64,000 bases of DNA. Origin: Rhodocyclales bacterium RIFCSPLOWO2_02_FULL_63_24. GTDB lineage: Bacteria > Pseudomonadota > Gammaproteobacteria > Burkholderiales > Rhodocyclaceae. Under the pieces are notes generated by a model, which was not told where the DNA came from, searched no databases, and was given only the letters and a program-made list of their open reading frames with translations. How positions within the stretch are numbered: the first letter of the stretch is position 1; every line of letters begins with the position of its first letter. The stretch is taken from assembly GCA_001828935.1 (NCBI GenBank), contig MHZX01000067.1, forward strand, positions 3,992-67,991, in the 5' to 3' direction. Positions 9,899-19,289 of this stretch are shown here, in pieces. The translations under genes were made by a program, and so were the position numbers.

Positions 9899-11635
9899 AT
9901 GCCAAGGATGGCGCATTGCTTGAGGGCTGGTCGCAGGCGATGGGGCATTCTGGTCGCTGCCTGGTTCGTGGCATGCGGTTGCAGCGTCTGCCTGTTGCCC
10001 CTGGACGTTGCAGCGGCACCGCGCAAGGTACTGATCGTCTACTCCTGGCACGACCAGATGCCATGGCAGGCCGGGGTCAGGACAGGATTTGCGGAGCACC
10101 TGCAAACGGCGGCGGCGGCCGACAGACCGGATATCTACGAAGAGCGCATCGACGCCGGCCGCATACAGGATGCCGGCGCCGATGTCGGCTTGTACAACTA
10201 CCTGCAGGCGAAGTATCAGCGGGTGGCGCCGGACGTCGTGGTTGCCGAGTCGCAAAGCGCGGCGAATTTTCTCATTCGCCATCCAGACCTTTTCCCCGCC
10301 GCGAAGCGTTTTGCGGTGAACGTTGCCAATCCAGGAAATATTCCGCCGGAACAGACCTTCGTGGTGACCGAAGATCCGGGGCGGGCGCTGAAGGCGATTC
10401 TTGAAGTGATGCCGGATCGCGAGCGGCTCGTGGTGGTGCTTGACCGAACCGGAATCGCCGGAAATACCAAGAAGGGATTGGTGGAAGCCGCAGCGTCGCT
10501 GTCGTCCAGGATTCCGGTGGAAATTCTCGAAGAGTTCGGCTTCGACGAACTGTACGCCCGGGTGGGCTCGCTGCCGCCGCGCAGCGCCCTGCTGTATTTC
10601 CCGGTGTTCCATGATCGACACGGCGCGCGCCGGATACCCCGTGACGTTGCAAGCACGCTCGCCGAGCATGCCAACGCGCCGATCTTTGCCCATCACGATA
10701 GCTTTCTGGGCACCGGGATCGTCGGCGGTTACCTGATCAGCGCGCCCCGCGTCGGCAAACTGATCGCCCTCATCGCGCTTGGCTCGCCCCTGCCGCACAG
10801 CCTGGAGGAGATCAATTCGGTTATCAAGGATTACCAGTTCGATGACCGGCAGCTTCAACGCTGGGAGATTCCGGATGCCAGGCTGCCAATTCCGCATACG
10901 GTGTTCATGCGCAAGCCATCGGCCTGGATCCTCTATCGCTGGCAGATCGTCGGCGTTGCCTGCCTACTGGCGCTCGAATCCCTGCTTATCTTCGTGCTCC
11001 TGCGCAGCATGCGCGACCGGCGTCGGGCGCTCGCCGATCTGGCCGAGGAGCATGCCAGTCTGGAACGAAGGGTGGAGGAGCGCACGATAGCGTTGAAGGC
11101 CGCCAACGAACAGTTGGCTTTGCTGAGTTTCAGCGACGGCTTGACCCATCTCGCCAACCGCAGGCGATTCGATGAGTTGCTGGAAGCGGAATTTCTTCGT
11201 CTGCGCCGATCCCGTGCGCCGCTGTCCCTGATTATTCTCGACATCGATTTTTTCAAGAACTTCAACGATACCTACGGGCATGTCGTGGGTGACGATTGTT
11301 TGCGGCGGGTCGGCGCGCAGATTCGCGGCGTGGTCAGCCGGGCACCGGATCTGGCAGCGCGCTACGGTGGCGAGGAATTTGCGATCATCCTGCCGGAAAC
11401 CGGCGCACAGGGAGCCCTCGCTCTGGCGGAGCAGATCTGGGCCGGTATCACCAGTCTTGAAATACCGCATGCGGCATCCAGTGTGGCCGATCACGTTACG
11501 GTCAGTCTTGGCGTGGTGACCGTCGTCACGAGAGATATGCAGTCCAGCACCGAAGTGGTCGCGCTGGCGGACGAGCAACTCTATCTGGCCAAGGCGAACG
11601 GGCGGAATCGCGTCGTGGCCAAGGCGTTTGGCTGA
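9899..11635 (+). CDS. Diguanylate cyclase with a periplasmic ABC-substrate-binding-like sensor domain
   Basis: Signal/TM segment (WGILVAAWFVACG), a periplasmic domain of about 300 aa (KVLIVYSWHDQMPWQ...), a TM segment, a coiled coil, and GGDEF (RYGGEEFAIIL, I-site RAPD). The start is uncertain (9899 or 9908); the track start at 9680 is rejected. Confidence 0.8.
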   Translation: MPRMAHCLRAGRRRWGILVAAWFVACGCSVCLLPLDVAAAPRKVLIVYSWHDQMPWQAGVRTGFAEHLQTAAAADRPDIYEERIDAGRIQDAGADVGLYNYLQAKYQRVAPDVVVAESQSAANFLIRHPDLFPAAKRFAVNVANPGNIPPEQTFVVTEDPGRALKAILEVMPDRERLVVVLDRTGIAGNTKKGLVEAAASLSSRIPVEILEEFGFDELYARVGSLPPRSALLYFPVFHDRHGARRIPRDVASTLAEHANAPIFAHHDSFLGTGIVGGYLISAPRVGKLIALIALGSPLPHSLEEINSVIKDYQFDDRQLQRWEIPDARLPIPHTVFMRKPSAWILYRWQIVGVACLLALESLLIFVLLRSMRDRRRALADLAEEHASLERRVEERTIALKAANEQLALLSFSDGLTHLANRRRFDELLEAEFLRLRRSRAPLSLIILDIDFFKNFNDTYGHVVGDDCLRRVGAQIRGVVSRAPDLAARYGGEEFAIILPETGAQGALALAEQIWAGITSLEIPHAASSVADHVTVSLGVVTVVTRDMQSSTEVVALADEQLYLAKANGRNRVVAKAFG

Positions 11636-11655
11636 CCGCGGCGCAGCGAACTGCC

Positions 11656-12723
11656 TCAGGCCGAGGGCTGCCCCAGCCCGGTGCCGCGTTCCAGGCTTTG
11701 GCTGAAGCGCGACATGGCGTAGCAGCCGATCCAGTAGATCAGGCCGATGAACAGGTAGCCCTCAAGATAGTAGGGGCGCCATTCGGCATCGCCCGCCAGT
11801 GCCAGCGAGAGTGCGCCGGTCAGGTCGAACAGGCTGACCACGGTCACCAGCGAGGTGTCCTTGAAGACGCTGACGGCACTGTTCATGATCGATGGAATCA
11901 CGGCGCGCAGCGCCTGCGGCAGGATGATCCAGCGCAGCGACTGCCAGCGGCCAAGGCCCAGCGCCGCGGCCGCGTCGTGCTGGCCGCGCGGCACTGCCTG
12001 CAAGCCGCCGCGTATCGTTTCCGACAGATAGGCCGCGGCGAACAGCACGATGCCGGCCTGCACCCGCAACAGCACATCGATCGAGAATCCTTGCGGCAGG
12101 ATGATCGGAAACAGAAAGGAAGCCAGAAACAGGACCGAGATCAGCGGCACGCCGCGCACCAGTTCGACGTAGAGCACGCATAGGCCGCGCAGCAGCGGCA
12201 GATCGGACAGCCGTCCGAGCGCGACCAGCAGTGCCAGCGGAAAAGCCAGCAGCATACCCATGGTGGCGAGCAGCAGGGTCAGCGGCAGGCCGCCCCACTG
12301 ATCGCTGGCGACCGGGCTGAGACCGCAGCATCCGCCGCGCATGAGGATGAAGCAGAGCGGCAGGGCGAGTGTCCAGGCAACCAATAGTCCGCCGCGCCCG
12401 AGCAGACGCAGCCCGCTGGCGACGATCGTCAGCAGCAGAATGCCGGTCGCCAGCAGCGGTCGCCATTGTTCGGCATGGGGATAGCGGCCGAACAGGATGA
12501 AGCGGTATTTTTCGGCCACCACGCCCCAACAGGCGCCGCCGTGATTCACCGCCTGGCAGGCGCTGGCGTCAGCCGCGAACACGGCCTGCAACAGCATCCA
12601 CTCGATCACCCCGGGCAGCCAGTAAAGCGCACCGGCAACCAGCACCAGCGAGGTGAGGCCGCTGAATACGTCGGAAAACAGGTTGCGCCGCAGCCAGTCG
12701 CGGCTTGCCGCGATGCGACTCAT
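11656..12723 (-). CDS. aapM: General L-amino-acid ABC transporter permease (AapM/BztC-like)
   Basis: 355 aa from MSRIAASRDWLRRNLF. EAA-type loop AAYLSETIRGGLQAVPRGQHDAAAALG. ATGA overlap with the upstream permease gene. The long track ORF extending to 13623 is an out-of-frame artefact. Confidence 0.8.
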   Translation of the reverse strand: MSRIAASRDWLRRNLFSDVFSGLTSLVLVAGALYWLPGVIEWMLLQAVFAADASACQAVNHGGACWGVVAEKYRFILFGRYPHAEQWRPLLATGILLLTIVASGLRLLGRGGLLVAWTLALPLCFILMRGGCCGLSPVASDQWGGLPLTLLLATMGMLLAFPLALLVALGRLSDLPLLRGLCVLYVELVRGVPLISVLFLASFLFPIILPQGFSIDVLLRVQAGIVLFAAAYLSETIRGGLQAVPRGQHDAAAALGLGRWQSLRWIILPQALRAVIPSIMNSAVSVFKDTSLVTVVSLFDLTGALSLALAGDAEWRPYYLEGYLFIGLIYWIGCYAMSRFSQSLERGTGLGQPSA

Positions 12724-13691
12724 GAGCGCTCCACCCAGCGACCGGTACGGCGCTCCAGCCAGGCGCTGAGCCAGGCGGTGAGCAGGGAGAGCATCAGATA
12801 CACGGCCATGATCAGGGCGATGCATTCGGCGGCGCGGCCGGTTTGGTTCAGCGTCGTGTTGGCGACCGAGACCAGATCGGGATAGCCGATGGCGACCGCC
12901 AGCGAGGCGTTCTTGGTCAGGCTCAGGTGCTGGTTGGTGAGTGGCGGGATGATGCTGCGCAGGGCTTGCGGCAGCAGCACCAGGCGGAACATCTGGAGCC
13001 GCGTCATGCCCAGCGCCAGCGCCGCGTCGCTCTGCCCGCGCGGCACCGACTGAATCCCGCCGCGCACCGTTTCGGCGACATAGGCCGCCGTGTAGAGGCT
13101 CAGTCCGAGCAACAGGGCGAGGAATTCCGGGGTCAGTGCGGCGCCGCCGACGATGCCGAATTCGCCGCGCAACGGCAGATCCAGCAAGCCGCCATCGCCG
13201 CCCGGCCAGGGCAAGGCCAAGCCGCTCTTGCTGAGAAAGACATGAGGACCGAGTTGCAGGGCGGCGCTGGCCGGCGGCAGCAGATCGGTGACCACGAAGT
13301 ACCAGGCCAGCAGTTGCAGCAGCAGCGGAATGTTGCGCAGGGTTTCGACGTAGCCGGCGCAGAGTCCGCGCAGCAGCAGATTGGGCGATAGCCGCCCGAG
13401 TCCGATCAGGGTACCCAACAGCGTGCTGGCGAGGATCGCCGGCAGGGCGACGCGCAGGGTGTTGGCCAGTCCGGCGGCCAGCGCCCACCATGTGCTGTCG
13501 GCGGAATCGAAGGGCAACAGGCTCTCGCCGATGGCAAAGCCAGCCGGGTCGCGCAGGAAGTCGAAGCCGCTGCGGATGCCGCGCTCGGCCATGTTGCCGG
13601 CGGTGACATCGAGCAGCCACCACAGCGCGGCCAGCAGCGCCGCGGCGAGCAGGGCCTGGATTCCTAGCTCGCGTCGGCGTCGACCTTGCAT
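12720..13691 (-). CDS. aapQ: General L-amino-acid ABC transporter permease (AapQ/BztB-like)
   Basis: 323 aa from MQGRRRRELGIQALL. Motifs RGIRSGFDFL and AAYVAETVRGGIQSVPRGQSDAALALG. No obvious SD, so the start is uncertain. Confidence 0.75.
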   Translation of the reverse strand: MQGRRRRELGIQALLAAALLAALWWLLDVTAGNMAERGIRSGFDFLRDPAGFAIGESLLPFDSADSTWWALAAGLANTLRVALPAILASTLLGTLIGLGRLSPNLLLRGLCAGYVETLRNIPLLLQLLAWYFVVTDLLPPASAALQLGPHVFLSKSGLALPWPGGDGGLLDLPLRGEFGIVGGAALTPEFLALLLGLSLYTAAYVAETVRGGIQSVPRGQSDAALALGMTRLQMFRLVLLPQALRSIIPPLTNQHLSLTKNASLAVAIGYPDLVSVANTTLNQTGRAAECIALIMAVYLMLSLLTAWLSAWLERRTGRWVERS

Positions 13692-13723
13692 CGCGGAGAA
13701 GTCGGCGCTGGCAGGACGGCGCT

Positions 13724-14761
13724 TCAGCGGATCGGCGGCGCGTACATCAGGCCGCCCTTGTTCCACAGGGCATTGAGGCCGCGTGGCAGCTTGAGTGGCG
13801 ACGCGCTGCCAACATTGCGCTGGAACAGCTCGCCATAGTTGCCTACCGCCTTCACCGCGCGTGCCGCCCATTCGCGCTCCAGCCCGAGCAGCTTGCCGCT
13901 GTCTTCGGCGCTGCCCAGCAAGCGCTGGATGGCCGGATCGCTGCCGGCTTTCATCTGCTCCAGATTGGCCTGGGTGACACCGTATTCTTCCGCCTCGATC
14001 AGGGCGAAGATCACCCACTTGACGATCGCGAACCATTCGTCGTCGCCGCGCCGCACCACTGGCCCCAGCGGCTCCTTGGAGATCAGCTCGGGCAGGACAA
14101 CGTAATCGTCCGGCTTGGGCGCCTCCTTGCTGCGGATGAAGGCCAGCGCCGAGGCGTCGGTGGTGTAGGCCTGGCAGCGGCCGCTGAAAAAAGCCTTGAT
14201 CGAGGCCTCGAATTTTTCGAACACCACCGGCTTGATCTTGATGCCCTGCGCCTTGAAGTAGTCGCTCAGATTTTTTTCGGTCGTGGTGCCCGACTGCACG
14301 CAGATTTCCGCGTTCTTCAACTGCCTGGCGCTGCCCAGCTTGAGCTTCTTCGGCACCAGGAAGCCCTGGCCGTCGTAGTAGGTCACGGCGGTGAAATGCA
14401 GGCCCAGCGAGGCATCCCGCGTCAGGGTCCAGGTCGTGTTGCGCGAGAGCAGATCGACCTCGCCCGACTGCAAGGCGGTGAAGCGCTGCTGCGCGTTGAG
14501 CGGAACATACTTGACCTTGTTCGCATCGTTCAGCACGGCGGCCGCGATGGCGCGGCAGACATCGACGTCGAGGCCGTTCCAGCGGCCCTGGCTGTCGGCC
14601 GCGGAGAAGCCGATGACGCCGGTACTGACGCCGCATACCAGTTGCCCGCGCTGCCTGATCTGGTCGAGGGTCTTGCCGGCATGGGCCGCAGGGAACTGGA
14701 GCGACAGCACCAGCAGCGCGATGGCCGCGGGCCAGTTGGGCGCGACGTTCGGGAGGTTCAT
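13724..14761 (-). CDS. aapJ: Amino-acid ABC transporter periplasmic binding protein (AapJ/BztA-like)
   Basis: 345 aa. Signal peptide MNLPNVAPNWPAAIALLVLSLQFPAAHA, then GKTLDQIRQRGQLVCGV typical of family-3 solute-binding proteins. Confidence 0.85.
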   Translation of the reverse strand: MNLPNVAPNWPAAIALLVLSLQFPAAHAGKTLDQIRQRGQLVCGVSTGVIGFSAADSQGRWNGLDVDVCRAIAAAVLNDANKVKYVPLNAQQRFTALQSGEVDLLSRNTTWTLTRDASLGLHFTAVTYYDGQGFLVPKKLKLGSARQLKNAEICVQSGTTTEKNLSDYFKAQGIKIKPVVFEKFEASIKAFFSGRCQAYTTDASALAFIRSKEAPKPDDYVVLPELISKEPLGPVVRRGDDEWFAIVKWVIFALIEAEEYGVTQANLEQMKAGSDPAIQRLLGSAEDSGKLLGLEREWAARAVKAVGNYGELFQRNVGSASPLKLPRGLNALWNKGGLMYAPPIR

Positions 14762-14820
14762 GGCTGATCTCATTCCGTGAAGTGTGGGGCGGGACGGGAT
14801 GCCGCCAGGAACCGCCAATT

Positions 14821-16233
14821 CTAACGGCCGTCGCTGCCGCCCACCATCTCCGCCGGCTTCACCCAGCGGTCGAATTCCTCGGCCGTGACATGTCCCAGCG
14901 CCAGCGCCGCTGCGCGCAGCGTGCTGCCGTCCTGGTGCGCCCGCTTGGCGATCTCGGCTGCGCGGTCGTAGCCGATGTGCGGCGCCAGCGCCGTCACCAG
15001 CATCAGCGAGCGTTCCAGCAGTTCGGCGATGCGCTCCCGCTTGGCCTCGATGCCGCGCACGCAATGGGTTTCGAAGCTGCTCATGCCGTCGGCCAGCAAG
15101 CGTACGCTTTGCAGGAAGTTGTGGGCAATGAGCGGCTTATGGACGTTCAATTCGAAATTGCCGGAGGCGCCGCCGATGCCGATGGCGACGTCATTGGCCA
15201 TGACCTGGCAGCAGAGCATGGTCAGCGCCTCGCATTGGGTCGGGTTGACCTTGCCCGGCATGATCGAGCTGCCCGGCTCGTTTTCAGGGATGCCGATCTC
15301 GCCCAGTCCGGAGCGCGGCCCCGAGGCCAGCCAGCGGATGTCGTTGGCGATTTTCAGCAGCGCCACGGCGAGTGTCTTGAGCGCGCCATGCACGGCGACC
15401 AGGCCGTCGTGGGCGGCCAGCGCGGCGAACTTGTTGGCGGCGCTGACGAAGGGCAAGCCGCTGCTGCGGGCGAGTTCCGCCGCCACGCGGGACCCGAATT
15501 CCAGGTGGGTGTTGAGGCCGGTGCCGACCGCGGTGCCGCCGACGGCGAGCGGATAGAGCGAGGGCAGGGCGGTATCGATGACCGCCGCGGCATGGTCGAG
15601 CTGGGCGCAGTAGCCGGAGAACTCCTGGCCCAGGGTCAACGGCGTCGCGTCCTGCAGATGGGTGCGGCCGATCTTGACGATGTCGGCGAATGCAGCGGCG
15701 CGCTCCGCCAGCCCGGCGCGCAGGCGAGCCAGCGCCGGTAACAGCGCGCGGACGATGCCGAGGGCTGCCGCAAGATGCATGGCGGTGGGAAAGATGTCGT
15801 TCGACGACTGCCCAAGATTGACGTCGTCATTGGGATGGACGCGGCGACGCCGTTTGCCGTCGGCGCCGCGCTTGCCGCCGAGCAGCTCCGCGGCACGGTT
15901 GGCCAGCACTTCGTTCATGTTCATGTTGCTCTGCGTGCCGGAGCCGGTCTGCCACACGGACAGCGGAAACTCCTGGGAATGATTGCCGGACAGCACTTCC
16001 TCGGCGGCGGCGACGATGGCCGCAGCCTTGTCCGCGGCCAACAATCCGAGTTCGCGATTGACCTGGGCGCAGGCGGACTTCACCGCCGCCAGGGCGAGGA
16101 TGATTTCCTCCGGCATGCGCTCGCTGGAAATGGCGAAGTGTTGGAGCGAGCGCTGGGTCTGCGCTCCCCACAGCCGTTCGGCCGGCACCTCGATGCTGCC
16201 GAAGGAATCGCGTTCGGTTCGTGTCCCGCTCAT
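14821..16233 (-). CDS. fumC: Class II fumarate hydratase
   Basis: 470 aa from [40 protein letters not shown] signature loop. The upstream part of the track ORF (to 16518) is non-homologous. Confidence 0.95.
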   Translation of the reverse strand: MSGTRTERDSFGSIEVPAERLWGAQTQRSLQHFAISSERMPEEIILALAAVKSACAQVNRELGLLAADKAAAIVAAAEEVLSGNHSQEFPLSVWQTGSGTQSNMNMNEVLANRAAELLGGKRGADGKRRRRVHPNDDVNLGQSSNDIFPTAMHLAAALGIVRALLPALARLRAGLAERAAAFADIVKIGRTHLQDATPLTLGQEFSGYCAQLDHAAAVIDTALPSLYPLAVGGTAVGTGLNTHLEFGSRVAAELARSSGLPFVSAANKFAALAAHDGLVAVHGALKTLAVALLKIANDIRWLASGPRSGLGEIGIPENEPGSSIMPGKVNPTQCEALTMLCCQVMANDVAIGIGGASGNFELNVHKPLIAHNFLQSVRLLADGMSSFETHCVRGIEAKRERIAELLERSLMLVTALAPHIGYDRAAEIAKRAHQDGSTLRAAALALGHVTAEEFDRWVKPAEMVGGSDGR

Positions 16234-16511
16234 GATGCGTTCCGCATCGGGAAAAGTGTCACTATTCGAATAGCGGCCATGGGGTCTCTCCTGCGGGGTG
16301 GACTTTGCCATCTTAGGCTCAATTTCGGCGGCCATTCGCCTTGCCGCGCGGACGGCTGGGGCATCTGCCGTAGCGCGTTGCGCTGATGCCCCTCGACGAA
16401 GGCCTGGCGCCGGATTCCACGGCATTGATGGAGGAACTATCGAGCGGAAAAGTCGTCGAAATAGTTGTCTCATCGGGCAGTTCCCGTAGATCGAAAGGAG
16501 GCGTGATCGCC

Positions 16512-16877
16512 ATGACAACCAAACGATGGCAAGACATGGTCAATCTGGTGCTCGGCGCGTGGTTGTTCGTTTCGCCGTGGGCCATGGGTTATATGGACAG
16601 CGTCATGAGCGCGACGTGGAATGCCTACGTCGTCGGCGCGGTGACAATGGCGTTTGCGGCGTATGCGGTGTATTTGCCGCGGGCGTGGGAGGAATGGATC
16701 AACATGGTGTTCGGGGTGTGGATGATCGTTTCGCCTTGGACACTGGCCTTTGCGTTCCATACCGGGGTCGCCATGAATACCGTAATAGTCGGCGTTGGCG
16801 TTACGGCGATGGCAACGTGGGCCATGTTCAGCGACAAGGAGTTCGAGAAGTGGTGGCATGACCACCACCCCGCGTAA
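16512..16877 (+). CDS. SPW-repeat membrane protein
   Basis: 121 aa. Two SPW motifs ([17 protein letters not shown]) in 4 hydrophobic segments. ATG is preceded by GAAAGGAGG. Confidence 0.7.
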   Translation: MTTKRWQDMVNLVLGAWLFVSPWAMGYMDSVMSATWNAYVVGAVTMAFAAYAVYLPRAWEEWINMVFGVWMIVSPWTLAFAFHTGVAMNTVIVGVGVTAMATWAMFSDKEFEKWWHDHHPA

Positions 16878-16981
16878 GGGCAGGGAAACGCGGACCCGCG
16901 AAATCGGGTCCGCCTTGCTTGGCGGATCGCCGCGGCGTTTGCTTGTGGTGTTTGCGATGATAGTTCCGAGAGGAGGTGATC

Positions 16982-17158
16982 ATGATGCAACTGGAACTCA
17001 ATGATCAGGAACAGGAGATGCTGACCGAAGTGTTGAGAAGTTTTCTATCCGAGATGAGAACCGAAATCAGCCATACGGATAGTAAGGCGTATCGTGAGCG
17101 GCTCAAGGATCAGGATCTGTTGATCAGGCAGATTCTGAGCAGGGTGGCTCGCGCATAA
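16982..17158 (+). CDS. Small hypothetical helical protein (about 58 aa)
   Basis: GGAGG sits 5 nt upstream of ATG 16982. Charged, helix-prone sequence MMQLELNDQEQEMLTEVLRSFLSEMRTEISH.... No family recognised. Confidence 0.4.
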   Translation: MMQLELNDQEQEMLTEVLRSFLSEMRTEISHTDSKAYRERLKDQDLLIRQILSRVARA

Positions 17159-17220
17159 GGCTCCGTTGACGGGCTGCGGCGCGGCAGATGACAAACTGAA
17201 GCTTCGCCGCTGGATCGCAT

Positions 17221-18018
17221 ATGACCATGATCGGGTGGATGCTGGGGGTCGTCGCGTGCGCCGCGGTTGCAGCGGGGGCCGCGGCGCAGGTAGGCAACGA
17301 CGAGGGCTTGGCGCCCGTCCTGGTCTATCATCGCTTCGGCCCGAGCGCAGCCGACAGCATGACAGTGCGGACTGCGATGTTTGCGGCGCAACTGGAGTTG
17401 CTCAAAGACCAAGGTTATGCGGTGGTGCCCTTGCGGCAGTTGGTGGCGCGCATCGACGGCGGCGCCGGGCGCCTGCCGGAGAAGGCGGTGGCGATCACCG
17501 TGGATGACGGCCATCGCTCGGTGTATTCGGAGATGCTGCCGCTGGTGCGGCGCTACCGGATTCCGGTCACCCTGTTCATCTACCCCTCGGCGATCTCCAA
17601 TGCGAGCTACGCACTGACCTGGGCGCAACTCGAAGAGCTGCGGCAATCGGGCTGGTTCGATATCCAGTCCCACACTTATTGGCATCCGAATTTCAGGCAG
17701 GAAAAAAGGCGACTGTCTCCCGACGCCTATGGCGAGTTGCTGCGCACGCAGCTTGTCAAGCCGCGACGGATTCTGGCGCAGCGCCTCGGCGTCGACGCAA
17801 ATCTGCTGGCCTGGCCGTTTGGTATTTACGACGAGGAGTTGATTGCGGCTGCCCGCAGCGCCGGCTACCTCGCCGGCTTTACCTTGGAGTGTCGGCGTCC
17901 GCGCCCCGCCGACCGACTCCTGGCATTGCCGCGCTGCCTGATGACCGATGCCGTCGGCATTGGCGAATTCCAGCAACTGTTGCGGCCGGGCGTCGAAGCT
18001 CTGCGCCGGCGGCCATGA
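17221..18018 (+). CDS. Secreted polysaccharide deacetylase (CE4 / NodB homology)
   Basis: Signal peptide. ITVDDGHRS (TFDDG-type) and SHTYWHPNF (H-x3-H) metal-binding motifs. Confidence 0.8.
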   Translation: MTMIGWMLGVVACAAVAAGAAAQVGNDEGLAPVLVYHRFGPSAADSMTVRTAMFAAQLELLKDQGYAVVPLRQLVARIDGGAGRLPEKAVAITVDDGHRSVYSEMLPLVRRYRIPVTLFIYPSAISNASYALTWAQLEELRQSGWFDIQSHTYWHPNFRQEKRRLSPDAYGELLRTQLVKPRRILAQRLGVDANLLAWPFGIYDEELIAAARSAGYLAGFTLECRRPRPADRLLALPRCLMTDAVGIGEFQQLLRPGVEALRRRP

Positions 18019-19286
18019 GGACGCCGCTGCTGGCCGCTCTGGCCTTGTTCGGTGCGCTGCTGCTGCCGGGCGGCGTGGCAGCGCTCGACGGCAGGGTGAT
18101 CGACGCGCACAGCGGCCAGCCGATTGTCGACGCCGTTGTCACCGTGGCGCAGACGACGGTGCGCACCGACGCGCACGGCGTCTTCCGCATCGGGGCCGTC
18201 GGGCCGACCGTCGCGGCGCGCGCCGTCGGTTACCGCCGTGCCGCGCGCGAGGTCGAGGCAGGGGACGGCCGGTCGCTCGAAATACGCCTGGTGCCCTTCC
18301 GACCCAAGGCGCTTTATCTTTCCTTCTATGGCATCGGCGACAAGGCCTTGCGCCAGTCGGCGGTCGACCTGATCGGGCGCACCGAACTCAACGCACTCGT
18401 GATCGACGTCAAGGGCGACCGCGGCATGATTCCCTACAAGAGCGCCGTCGCGCTGGCCGGCGAGGTGGGCGCGCAAGCGGTCACCACGGTGCGGGATATC
18501 CACGGACTGGTGGATTCCCTGCGGCAGAAGGGCATTTACCTGATCGCGCGCATCGTCGTCTTCAAGGACGATCCGCTCGCCACGGCAAGGCCGGAGCTGG
18601 CGGTGAGAAGCCGTGGCGGCGCAATCTGGCGCGACCGCGAACACCTGGCCTGGATCGATCCATTTCGGCAGGAGGCCTGGGACTACAACCTCGATATCGC
18701 GGCCGAGGCGGCTGCCATCGGTTTCGACGAGATCCAGTTCGACTACCTGCGTTTTCCCGATACCGACGGCCTGGCGTTTGTTCAGGCCAATACCGAGCCG
18801 AACCGCGTCGGCGCCGTGGCCGGCTTCCTCGCCGCGGCGAAGAAGCGACTCGCCCCCTACAATGTCTTCCTTGCCGCCGATATCTTCGGCTACGTTTGCT
18901 GGAACCTCAATGACACCTTTATCGGCCAGCGGCTCGATGCGCTGGCGCCGCAACTCGACTACCTCTCGCCGATGCTCTATCCCTCGGGCTTCCAGTACGG
19001 GATTCCAGGCTTCCGCGACCCGGTGGCCCACCCGCAGGAAATCGTGGCCTTGAGCCTGGCGCGGGCGGGCGAGCGCAGCGGGCTGTCGCCGCTGCGTTTC
19101 CGCCCGTGGCTGCAGGCCTTCCGCGACTATGCCTTCGATCACCGCCCGTTTGCGGACAAGGAAATCCAGCAACAGATTGACGCTGCCGAGGCGTTCGGCA
19201 GCGACGGCTGGATGTTGTGGAATCCGCACAACCGTTACAGCACTGCCGGACTGCGCGCCGCTTCCCCCGCCGCGGAATCTCCTTAG
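18015..19286 (+). CDS. Secreted putative glycoside hydrolase (DUF4015 / GH-like TIM barrel) with an N-terminal carboxypeptidase-regulatory-like domain
   Basis: 423 aa from MRTPLLAALALFGALLLPGG (ATGA overlap with the deacetylase stop). LDGRVIDAHSGQPIVDAVVTV beta-sandwich, then ALVIDVKGDRG and GFDEIQFDYLRFPD, which I associate with DUF4015. Confidence 0.65.
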   Translation: MRTPLLAALALFGALLLPGGVAALDGRVIDAHSGQPIVDAVVTVAQTTVRTDAHGVFRIGAVGPTVAARAVGYRRAAREVEAGDGRSLEIRLVPFRPKALYLSFYGIGDKALRQSAVDLIGRTELNALVIDVKGDRGMIPYKSAVALAGEVGAQAVTTVRDIHGLVDSLRQKGIYLIARIVVFKDDPLATARPELAVRSRGGAIWRDREHLAWIDPFRQEAWDYNLDIAAEAAAIGFDEIQFDYLRFPDTDGLAFVQANTEPNRVGAVAGFLAAAKKRLAPYNVFLAADIFGYVCWNLNDTFIGQRLDALAPQLDYLSPMLYPSGFQYGIPGFRDPVAHPQEIVALSLARAGERSGLSPLRFRPWLQAFRDYAFDHRPFADKEIQQQIDAAEAFGSDGWMLWNPHNRYSTAGLRAASPAAESP

Positions 19287-19289
19287 CCC

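Noticed and set aside
11656-16518. N-terminal extensions of track ORFs. Examples: 11656..13623, 12720..14636, 13724..15064 and 14821..16518; also 3634..5142, 2879..3745, 9680..11635, 17679..19286, 21569..22198, 47364..48134 and 50255..50806.
   Set aside because: The extensions are non-homologous Arg-rich sequence overlapping the upstream gene. Internal starts reproduce the conserved N-termini or signal peptides, often with an SD or ATGA coupling.
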